64,000 bases of DNA from a virus. The stretch is from the IMG/VR virus record IMGVR_UViG_3300001589_007665, positions 1-64,000 of that record; one strand, written 5' to 3'. A program made the position numbers and the translations under genes. The notes beneath the pieces are model-generated. The model saw only the letters and a list, made by a program, of their open reading frames with translations, was not told the origin of the DNA and ran no database searches. Below are positions 50,398 to 58,703 of this stretch, piece by piece (position 1 is the stretch's first letter; the number at the start of each line of letters is the position of its first letter).

Positions 50398-52049
50398 TGT
50401 TGTGTTTTTAATCTAGCATATTGAATAAAATCGTCGTCAAACTGTATATTATTGTCTATAGCAAATTTTAATTCATTATTGTTTTTTACATAAGTGTTGA
50501 TTTGGTCTATAATAGTATTAATGTCTATGGCTTTAGTCTGTAAACCATTCATCTGAAAGCCGTTGTCTATATCATTTAAAAAGTGTAACATTCTGCTAGA
50601 AGAAATTTTTTCTATATCTCCCAACCCTTTATGACACATTAAAATCATTTGATCTATATTTTCGGATATATCAATATCTCCAACACGGTCTACTTTTTGT
50701 AGTTCTGGCACTTTAGACCAATCAGACTTATAATTCTGTTGAGACAAACTGTCTAAATATGTTTCCCATTTTTTAGCTATAATATCCCAGTCATAAAATT
50801 TTTCTGTTAATTCTCTTATCTGTTTTCTTTTTTTATCTACCATAGACTGAGGCAGATTTAATGTCTTATTGATCGTACTAATTAAATCATCATTATCTGG
50901 ATAGACTCGTACGGCTCTTGTTTCTAATTCTTTAAATGGAGACTGAACTTTTATAGGATATGCTTTAAGCTTTTTTATAACATCACACATAGCACTATAG
51001 TTTACTGTCGCTACCGGAACACCGCATGCTGCTGCTTCTACTTGTGGCATGCCGAAACCTTCGCAGATAGCATATTGCACATAAAGATTAAATGTGTTAT
51101 AAATAGTAGATAGTTGTTCTGTACTTATTCCAGAACTAACACTAGGAAATACTTTCGATCTTTTTAGACATTTTGTACACAATATATTAGGACCAGAAAA
51201 TACCTGAGAAGAAACATGATCACAATTTTTGCAAACATAAGTAAATAGTACTTTATTGGCAAGCCGATTTTCTTTTAATACTTCTGGTAAATCCCATCCT
51301 GCATCGGGCCAACTAGTATGTAAATAAAGATATAAATTTTTACCTATAGAGGCATTACTTTTTTCGCATTGATCTAAAAGTTTTCTAAATGCACCACATA
51401 ATCTAGGTATAAGTTTTCTTTTTTGGTTTCTCATTACAGAACCAATAATAATACTGTCTTTATCTATGCCTAAAGACTGTTTGCATTCTTGCATATTTTT
51501 AATTCTAAAAGTCTTTAAGTCTACTCCAGGGGATGCTGTGTCTATATAATTAACATTATCACTAGACTGTTCTTTTAAAACATTGGCTCCCCAATCAGAA
51601 TAAGTAAAAACTGCGTCAGCAGATAGATATGTATCCATCCACATCTGCTGTTGTGGGGCAGAGTCTATCGTGGGCATAAGTATCCAATGAAAATATGGCC
51701 TACAGGGAGAAAGCTCTTGATAAGCACTCATCCAATAGTCTCTTATGTCTATAACAACATCTGGCTTAAAATCTACAACAACTTTGTCAAATCTCCATCG
51801 ACCAAAAGCATTGTCTGGTCGAGACGAATACTCTTTATGTCTTGAGTCTTGATCATTAACAGAATTAGCATATAGTTTCCATGGGATATCTTTATCTCTA
51901 GGGTCATTAACAGTTGCATAACTAGCAAATTCTGCTATTTCATATTTTTGTGTAGCATATAACCTATTTAAAATTTCTCTGGTATAGGTGCCATATCCTG
52001 AATTTAGGAAACTGGCTTCTGAACACATTAGTATTTTAAGTTTGCTCAT
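50394..52049 (-). CDS. GT4-family glycosyltransferase with inserted Zn-finger
   Basis: SGYGTY, PGVDLKTF, RNQKRK, YNTFNLYV...EGFGMPQVEAAACGVP (intact E-x7-E); CKNC...CTKC insertion. Confidence 0.9.
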   Translation of the reverse strand: MSKLKILMCSEASFLNSGYGTYTREILNRLYATQKYEIAEFASYATVNDPRDKDIPWKLYANSVNDQDSRHKEYSSRPDNAFGRWRFDKVVVDFKPDVVIDIRDYWMSAYQELSPCRPYFHWILMPTIDSAPQQQMWMDTYLSADAVFTYSDWGANVLKEQSSDNVNYIDTASPGVDLKTFRIKNMQECKQSLGIDKDSIIIGSVMRNQKRKLIPRLCGAFRKLLDQCEKSNASIGKNLYLYLHTSWPDAGWDLPEVLKENRLANKVLFTYVCKNCDHVSSQVFSGPNILCTKCLKRSKVFPSVSSGISTEQLSTIYNTFNLYVQYAICEGFGMPQVEAAACGVPVATVNYSAMCDVIKKLKAYPIKVQSPFKELETRAVRVYPDNDDLISTINKTLNLPQSMVDKKRKQIRELTEKFYDWDIIAKKWETYLDSLSQQNYKSDWSKVPELQKVDRVGDIDISENIDQMILMCHKGLGDIEKISSSRMLHFLNDIDNGFQMNGLQTKAIDINTIIDQINTYVKNNNELKFAIDNNIQFDDDFIQYARLKTQQ

Positions 52050-52053
52050 ATAT

Positions 52054-52080
52054 AAAAACAGGGGTCTTTGCAGACCCCCT
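52054..52080 (-). terminator. Rho-independent terminator downstream of ssb
   Basis: Minus strand reads AGGGGGTCT-GCAA-AGACCCCT-GTTTTT: 7-bp GC-rich stem, GNRA loop, U tract. Confidence 0.8.
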
Positions 52081-52096
52081 TAAAAGATAAAAATAA

Positions 52097-52492
52097 TTAA
52101 AAAGCCACAACTTCTTCTTTATCGGAAGAACCAGTTTGAGCATTTTGTTCTTTCTTATATCTAGAAAGCTTGGTCAGCTTAGAAAAGTTGTTCACCCTAA
52201 CCTTAAAGCTATTGTGCTTAACTCCATCCTTTTCCCATGAATCATTTCGCAAAGATCCTTCAACCATTACTAAATCTCCTTTGTTGAAAGACTCTGCAAT
52301 AATTTCAGCACCGGTATCCCATGCTTCACAGTTAATAAACGAAGTGACCTTGTCTCTTTCGCCATTAGCCTTAGTATATTCCCTAGAAGTAGCAACAGTA
52401 AAATTAACAACTGTTGTATCTTTACCTCCAGTACTAACTTTTCTATGTTCTGGGTCTCTAGCTAGATTTCCTCTTAAAATTACAAGATTCAT
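52097..52492 (-). CDS. ssb: Single-stranded DNA-binding protein
   Basis: MNLVILRGNLARDPE...FTVAT...FINCEAW...KGDLVMVEGSLRNDSWEKDG; acidic tail EEVVAF; start re-called to the ATG at 52492 downstream of AAGGAG. Confidence 0.95.
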   Translation of the reverse strand: MNLVILRGNLARDPEHRKVSTGGKDTTVVNFTVATSREYTKANGERDKVTSFINCEAWDTGAEIIAESFNKGDLVMVEGSLRNDSWEKDGVKHNSFKVRVNNFSKLTKLSRYKKEQNAQTGSSDKEEVVAF

Positions 52493-52536
52493 TATCATCT
52501 CCTTAAAAAGTAAATTATCCAAAACCAACACAATGT

Positions 52537-52564
52537 ATTATAAAACCTAATCGGATATAGTCAA
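52537..52564 (-). promoter_or_regulatory. Sigma70-type promoter for ssb
   Basis: TTGACT-N16-TATAAT on the minus strand, overlapping the dnaE-C stop codon. Confidence 0.7.
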
Positions 52565-54186
52565 GCCTTAGGAATAAAACATTTTTCTACGATTAGACTA
52601 TCTTTATTTTTTGACTTCTTACCAGTAAAAATTAATACATTTCCTTCAAACACATGAGTCCTATATGACGCCCATGTTTCTGGAAAAAGAATAATAGAAT
52701 CTAATAAACCATACTGGTCTTCTCCTGTGACGAAAGCCATTTCTGCACCAGGGTTTTTACCGTTTTTTGTTTTGGTAACATTGACGCCAACAACTTCTGC
52801 CGCTAATATAATATCATTAGTTTTATATGTTTTTTTAAAATCTTTGCAGTTGGTATTGGTCATTTCTATTTTGTAAGAATCTAATTTTGAGCATGTGATG
52901 GCTGCTCCTAATAGAGAGTTCTCTGAATCTGACAACCATTCTATTTTATCTGTTAGTGAATAAGGAGGATTATCTATAGAGGCTATTAAATTATTAATAA
53001 TTTCTTTTCTATTGATGTTAACTCTTTTAGTTAGTAGCTCTGTGAGTATGGTCTTTAAATTATTTTCTTCATTAGCTATTGCTTCTTGACATTTTTCCAT
53101 TTCTTTTTTTGTCAAGGTATTGAATACTTCGTACTCAAACAACATTTTAGTCCTAGATATTTTAAAATAATCTAATGCACCGCATGATATTAAGGCTTTA
53201 GTTGCGGTACTGTTAATCTTACACAAAACTTTATTAAGCATATCGTACCAATTTAATTGTTTTATATTTATCTTGTCTTTTTCTAAGATTTCTAATATCT
53301 TTTTATATACAGAGTTGCCTAAGCCTTTTATGTCTGTTAGTCCAAAAAATATTTTTCTGTCTTTTATAGAAAACAGTTCATTAAGATTTCTAATATCTGG
53401 AGTTTGTATATTGATATCCATCTCGTTGGCATTTCTGACCAATTCTTTAATCTCTTGTTGTGGATCTATTTTGTCTTTAGCGAATTTCAGATATGAAGCA
53501 AAGAAGACTCTTGGAAAATGAGCTTTGGCGTATGCTGAAAGATATGCGTTCATAGCATAACTTACTGCATGGGATTTATTAAAACTATATCTTTGACTTT
53601 TTTCAATCCATCCAAATATTTCTTCTGCTGTGTCTTTATCTACCTCGTTGACCCTTTTGGCTCCTTGTAAGAAAGACTTCTTAACTTCTGCCATTAAATC
53701 AGCCTTTTTCTTACCGATAGCCTTTCTAAGAACATCGGCTTCTTGAAGATCAAATCCAGACACTACTCTAGATATTTCCATAGCCTGTTCTTGATAAATC
53801 ATTTCACCATAGGTTGTTTCCAATACTCTTTGCAGAATGGGGTGATAATAGTCTACAGATTCTTCTCCGTTTTTCTTATCAATATAGTGATTAGATACTG
53901 TTTTACCATCTCTCACGGCCTCTAAACATCCAGGTCTTAAAATACTAATTAGGGCTGAAAGCTGTTCTATGTTTCCTGGCTTTAGTCTTTTAGCCATGCT
54001 TTGTCCTAGTCTAGACTCTAACTGAAAACAACCTTTTGTGTTTCCTGAAGAAATCAAGTCCCAGGTTTTAGAACATTCCAAATTAATTTTTTCTAATTTT
54101 GGCTCAAATTGTATTCTAGGAAATTCTTCATTATTCCCTGTAATCTCAAATTTACAACCACAATCAAAAGTATAATAATCAGACAT
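52561..54186 (-). CDS. dnaE: DNA polymerase III alpha, C-terminal half (fingers, HhH, OB fold) of a split DnaE
   Basis: TKGCFQLES, RPG, TYGEMIYQEQAM, ADVLRKAIGKKK, YSFNKSHAVSYA, FGLTDIKGLG, MAFVTGED. Confidence 0.93.
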   Translation of the reverse strand: MSDYYTFDCGCKFEITGNNEEFPRIQFEPKLEKINLECSKTWDLISSGNTKGCFQLESRLGQSMAKRLKPGNIEQLSALISILRPGCLEAVRDGKTVSNHYIDKKNGEESVDYYHPILQRVLETTYGEMIYQEQAMEISRVVSGFDLQEADVLRKAIGKKKADLMAEVKKSFLQGAKRVNEVDKDTAEEIFGWIEKSQRYSFNKSHAVSYAMNAYLSAYAKAHFPRVFFASYLKFAKDKIDPQQEIKELVRNANEMDINIQTPDIRNLNELFSIKDRKIFFGLTDIKGLGNSVYKKILEILEKDKINIKQLNWYDMLNKVLCKINSTATKALISCGALDYFKISRTKMLFEYEVFNTLTKKEMEKCQEAIANEENNLKTILTELLTKRVNINRKEIINNLIASIDNPPYSLTDKIEWLSDSENSLLGAAITCSKLDSYKIEMTNTNCKDFKKTYKTNDIILAAEVVGVNVTKTKNGKNPGAEMAFVTGEDQYGLLDSIILFPETWASYRTHVFEGNVLIFTGKKSKNKDSLIVEKCFIPKA

Positions 54187-54871
54187 TATTAAAGGCGTTT
54201 CTAAACTTAATCTTTGGTGACAAACTTCTAAATAGCTTCATAAATCTAATCAGTATTTCTGCAGTATCTTGTACATCCTTTAACGCATCATGGGCATTTT
54301 CTTTAGATAGTCCCATATAGTCTCTAAGATTATCAAGAGTATAATTTTTTAATTCGTTATTATTCTCAAACCAATAAAAAATAACATTCATGATATCTAA
54401 AACATCTCTAGGATAAAATATGTCAGTTTTGTTTTCCTTGTTGACATTTTTATATTTTTGACTTAACCTATTAATAATTGGTAGGTCAAATCTATTAATG
54501 TTGTAACCAGCAGCAATAGGCGCACTAAAGCAGTTCTTTTTAACAGATCTTGTATGGTACATTTGTAAATAACTTACAAACATTTTCCAAGCCTGTTCTT
54601 GCTTTTGATGCTTTTTCCAAGACTTGAGAACTTCCCCTTTGGTTGTTCCTTGGACTTTTGCATGAAAATCTAAAACATCAGAATCATCATAAGTATATTT
54701 AGGGTTATCTTGTAGTGCTTCAGGCTTTAAGCAAATATTAAATTCTGAATCTGGCACCACCTCCAATTTAATTGGATCAATAATAACGGCTGCAATCTGG
54801 ACAGGACTACAAACTTCTGGATTGCAACCGTCTGTTTCTAAATCAAAAACACAAATTTTTTGACTGTTAAT
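54179..54871 (-). CDS. DEDDh 3'-5' exonuclease (DnaQ/epsilon-like); start uncertain (ATT at 54871 or ATG at 54934)
   Basis: VFDLETDG (ExoI), GYNINRFDL (ExoII), HDALKD (ExoIII). Confidence 0.88.
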   Translation of the reverse strand: MNSQKICVFDLETDGCNPEVCSPVQIAAVIIDPIKLEVVPDSEFNICLKPEALQDNPKYTYDDSDVLDFHAKVQGTTKGEVLKSWKKHQKQEQAWKMFVSYLQMYHTRSVKKNCFSAPIAAGYNINRFDLPIINRLSQKYKNVNKENKTDIFYPRDVLDIMNVIFYWFENNNELKNYTLDNLRDYMGLSKENAHDALKDVQDTAEILIRFMKLFRSLSPKIKFRNAFNNV

Positions 54872-55049
54872 CTGACACCTCCACCTTCTGGTCTGGACGA
54901 ATAAAATGTTTGTTGTTAGGATCTGCTGCCACATAGCAGTTGATACTTTTACAACAAGTAACCTTAACTGAATTTACTTTGACATATTCTGTGTTGTTGA
55001 GTTTAAAAGATTTACCAACAGCAACTTCTTGAAATATTTTTTGCATCAT
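54867..55049 (-). CDS. Small hypothetical protein (60 aa) between the DnaE halves
   Basis: GGAG SD, TAATG coupling with the dnaE-N stop; TCCKSINC motif. Confidence 0.65.
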   Translation of the reverse strand: MMQKIFQEVAVGKSFKLNNTEYVKVNSVKVTCCKSINCYVAADPNNKHFIRPDQKVEVSD

Positions 55050-56920
55050 TATTCTCCGTATGATAGTGTATCTGATATTGACATAACCTTATCTAACATA
55101 GCCACACCAAGGATATCAAACTTGATAATACCCAAAGATTCTAGATCTTGCATTTCCATACCAGCTATAGTGGTTTTGTTTTTTGTATCATAAATCATTG
55201 GACACATCGTATCTAAGTTGTGACTACTAATTACTACACCGGCAGCGTGTTTTGATTGGTTGGATTTGGTACCCTCTAATCTAATAGCCTGTTCGAACCT
55301 TTTGGCAAGGGGGCCTTTTAATTTATTTCCCTGTTTAGATATTGAGCACCATTCTTTAAGTCTATCAGTATTATTTTCTAAAGCCCATCTAATTATAGAA
55401 GCTTCCCCATAATCGTCTTTCATTTCTTGTAATTCATCTGCAATTTTTGCTTCATCGGGTATGCATTTTGTTATCTGGTTCATTTCATCAAAACTTATGT
55501 TGCCATAGACACGCAAGACTTCTTTTAGTGCGCCTCTTCCTTTCATGGTATTAAAAGTGATCATTTGAGAAACTTTATTTTCTCCATATCTTCCTCTAAT
55601 ATATGATATGATGTCTTCTCTTTTATTAATCGGGACATCTACATCTATATCTGGCATAGAGACCCTACCTTCTGTATTCCTACCAGAGTTATAAAATCTT
55701 TCAAAAATTAGGCCATATTTCATTGGATCAATTGAGGTGATTCCAATAAGATAAGATACCAAACAGCCAGCAGCAGAACCTCTTCCTGGCCCTGGCAACC
55801 ACCCTTGAGACCGCACACGATCGACAATATCGGCAACAATTAAAAAATAGCTAGATAAGTCAGCTCCTTGTAAAACAGACAGCTCTTGCTTGATTCTTTC
55901 GGTATATTCATGATGTTTTTCTTTAGGTACATTATTGGCTATTTTGTCCCTCCAGCCGTTACGACATAACTGCCTTAAATATTCATCAGGATTTTGTTCG
56001 TTAGGACATTTAAAAGGAGGAAGTAATGGTCTGTTTAATATATCGTATTCTTCACACATACTATCTATTAGTTGTGTATTTTCTATTTCTTCTTCTGTAT
56101 GTATTTCTGCCATTTCTTCAGGAGAAAGAATATAGTATTTGTCAGACTTAAAAAAGCAACTAAAGGGAACATCTTGTCCATCCAACATCTTTTTATTAAT
56201 ATCTGTTAATGTCGTTTTTATATTGTTGCACAAGAGGATTCTTTGATCCGTGGCATCTTCTTGCTCAGAATAATGAGCATCAGGAGTGCATATAACTTTT
56301 GTTTTTGTTATTGCTGCTAAAGCTCTAATTTTTTCGCTTAATTCTTTTTGCTTTGGCATATATTCTTGATCCATTAATTGTGTTTCAAGAAAAAAGTTTT
56401 CCTTGCCAAATATGTCCTTCATTTGATCTACAAAATTTAAGCAGAGTTTTTGATAATTATCTGGATTGTTTGCGATAAGATCTGGGATATATGAACCCAT
56501 ATGTCCGCAGAAGCTTATTAAATTTTCCCCCTTTACCACTTCTTGTAATTTATCTATAGAAAGTCTTGGTTTACGATAATAATTATTAGGATTATTGGAT
56601 TCAGAAACTATGCGAATCAAGTTTTTCCAACCTTCAAAGTTCTTAGCCAAAACTAAGAAATGAGTTAGCTTACTATTCTCTGGTGTCTTTATATTAGAAT
56701 CATCAAAGGACAAATATAATTCACATCCTAAAATAGGTTTTATATTATTAGATTTAAGAGTTTGATGCATTTGAACAGCACCAGATATCGAACCGTGATC
56801 AGTAATTGCACAACTTTTAACTCCAATATTTTTACACCTTCTAGCTATTTGTTTAGGCTTAGATAGGCCGTCCAGCAAAGAATAGTGGCTATGAACATGT
56901 AAAGGTATATAATTTTTCAT
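55049..56920 (-). CDS. dnaE: DNA polymerase III alpha, N-terminal half (PHP, palm, thumb) of a split DnaE
   Basis: HVHSHYSLLDG, ITDHG, DAHY, GPGRGSAAG, FERF, MPDIDVD, HAAGVVI, KFDILG. Confidence 0.95.
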   Translation of the reverse strand: MKNYIPLHVHSHYSLLDGLSKPKQIARRCKNIGVKSCAITDHGSISGAVQMHQTLKSNNIKPILGCELYLSFDDSNIKTPENSKLTHFLVLAKNFEGWKNLIRIVSESNNPNNYYRKPRLSIDKLQEVVKGENLISFCGHMGSYIPDLIANNPDNYQKLCLNFVDQMKDIFGKENFFLETQLMDQEYMPKQKELSEKIRALAAITKTKVICTPDAHYSEQEDATDQRILLCNNIKTTLTDINKKMLDGQDVPFSCFFKSDKYYILSPEEMAEIHTEEEIENTQLIDSMCEEYDILNRPLLPPFKCPNEQNPDEYLRQLCRNGWRDKIANNVPKEKHHEYTERIKQELSVLQGADLSSYFLIVADIVDRVRSQGWLPGPGRGSAAGCLVSYLIGITSIDPMKYGLIFERFYNSGRNTEGRVSMPDIDVDVPINKREDIISYIRGRYGENKVSQMITFNTMKGRGALKEVLRVYGNISFDEMNQITKCIPDEAKIADELQEMKDDYGEASIIRWALENNTDRLKEWCSISKQGNKLKGPLAKRFEQAIRLEGTKSNQSKHAAGVVISSHNLDTMCPMIYDTKNKTTIAGMEMQDLESLGIIKFDILGVAMLDKVMSISDTLSYGE

Positions 56921-57966
56921 TCAATACTTCCTGGAGCTTGGTAATGACCTACATTATACCCTGGCACCGTGTACTCGTCAACTACATTTTCTAAACCTTT
57001 TAATTGTATGTCATGAGCAACTTGTTCACACATGGTCATATTATATCCAGGATTACAAACTTGTCCTTCTCTATATTCTAGTATCGGCAATATATCCTTA
57101 TTGTCTTGAAAAGAATTTTTGCCATAATGACATAATTTTCTACATTTCCATGTTTTAGACAGTTTGGGTCTTTTTGTGTTTTTAATATGATAAAATTTTT
57201 GCCTTAATAAATCTTCAGTCTTTTGCATATCTGACTTATTAAAAGTCATACTAAAAGGACCTCCGTCATTAATAAAGTATATCGTTATGATACAAGTTTC
57301 TATATGTGGATATAGTTTCTGTACAGCATAGAAATATATCATTAGTTGTGGATCAACCTCTAATTTTTCTTGAGTTTTTTCCTCACCCGTTGCCCAATTT
57401 AATCTTCTGCCTGTTTTCCAATCGATAATTTCTAAGGTATTTTCTGCTGGTTGAGTAATTAAATCTATTGTGCCTTTAATTGACAGATTTCCTTTAAGCT
57501 TTTCTCCGCTAGGCAATTCGTACTCGTACTCTGCCCAAGGCTTATTAATAGTTATATCAAATCTTTGTTCGGGGTAAAGAATATTTCTATTTCTTGGATC
57601 AAACATACCACCAGCATATTCTATTGCCTTGTATGTCCATTTTTTACAATCTTTAAAATCTTTATCTGACCAATCATGATGACTAAAGCCTGTAGTGTAA
57701 TACTCATAGACTCTTTCTATTATATCGTCTAGATCATAATTATATACATTAATTTCTCCAAGAATATCATCTTTGAATGTAGATTCCCCTTTCTGTACAG
57801 TATATTTTACAAAAGCTAAAATTTCTAAATTTTTATGTACTATAGTTCCTTTGTCTGCTTTTTTATTGGAGGGAGATCTGTAGCCCATAACATAATCAAA
57901 AAGATATTGTTGTTCACACATATTATGTGTGTTATAGCTGGAACTACGAAAGTATGTAATTATTAT
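56917..57966 (-). CDS. PD-(D/E)XK Cas4/AddB-like exonuclease; probable ATA start at 57966
   Basis: YFRSSSYNTHNMCEQ, GTIVH, EQRF, KGTIDL, IIDWKTG, QLMIY, CRKLC; the frame is open 15 codons upstream of the listed ATG (57921). Confidence 0.85.
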   Translation of the reverse strand: MIITYFRSSSYNTHNMCEQQYLFDYVMGYRSPSNKKADKGTIVHKNLEILAFVKYTVQKGESTFKDDILGEINVYNYDLDDIIERVYEYYTTGFSHHDWSDKDFKDCKKWTYKAIEYAGGMFDPRNRNILYPEQRFDITINKPWAEYEYELPSGEKLKGNLSIKGTIDLITQPAENTLEIIDWKTGRRLNWATGEEKTQEKLEVDPQLMIYFYAVQKLYPHIETCIITIYFINDGGPFSMTFNKSDMQKTEDLLRQKFYHIKNTKRPKLSKTWKCRKLCHYGKNSFQDNKDILPILEYREGQVCNPGYNMTMCEQVAHDIQLKGLENVVDEYTVPGYNVGHYQAPGSIE

Positions 57967-58703
57967 GATATCACCTCGTTTAAGATTGTTTCTATTTCTA
58001 TGGATTGATTATATATGTCTATGTCGTTATTATTAACAATATAGTCAAACTTTTCCCAATCGTAATTCTCTTTATCCAATGCTGTTTCGCTAATATGAGT
58101 AGAGTCATAAGTATTTCTATTAAGTCTAACTACCACGCCGTTATTTTGTTGAATACAATCTACCTCATTAGGGAATCTACAATCAGTAATTAAAGATAGT
58201 TTACTTTTATCTCTTTTAATTTTGGCAATAATTGCTGCAGTCCAGACATCAGATTTCATTTTTCTAAACATGTCAGTACCGACATACTGCATAACTTCTC
58301 TAGCTGTCATGGCACTATTAGTACCTGGCCAAAAACAGTTTACTAATTCATTTTTTGAATTGTCTGAACCATAACAATGTTCATGTGTTAATCCTAGTAT
58401 ATTCATACATACATCTTTTTTTAATGGATCAGCAAAACTATATACTTTTATAAAAGGATCTATAGTGGAGCAGACCTGTCTCATAATATAATCATTAGAA
58501 TCATGAATATGAGATGGGTCAAATGGACCACTGTAGTCTTTATTTCCTAAAAGATCGCTAACATGTATTAATCCATCATCATTAATTTTTACTTTTTTAG
58601 CAATCCTAAGATTGATCATAAAAGTAGAATATATAAAATTAACACAAGTATTCTTTCCTGACTGCTTTCTTCCTGAAAAAGCAATAATATTTTTGTTAGA
58701 CAT
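57963..58703 (-). CDS. Deoxynucleoside monophosphate kinase
   Basis: SGRKQSGKNT P-loop, FADPLK, REVMQYVGTDMFR, ITDCRFPNE, HISE. Confidence 0.9.
   Translation of the reverse strand: MSNKNIIAFSGRKQSGKNTCVNFIYSTFMINLRIAKKVKINDDGLIHVSDLLGNKDYSGPFDPSHIHDSNDYIMRQVCSTIDPFIKVYSFADPLKKDVCMNILGLTHEHCYGSDNSKNELVNCFWPGTNSAMTAREVMQYVGTDMFRKMKSDVWTAAIIAKIKRDKSKLSLITDCRFPNEVDCIQQNNGVVVRLNRNTYDSTHISETALDKENYDWEKFDYIVNNNDIDIYNQSIEIETILNEVIS

Noticed and set aside
56917-57966. CRISPR-Cas locus suggested by the Cas4-like nuclease
   Set aside because: No array and no other cas genes; solo Cas4-like nucleases are common in phage replication modules.
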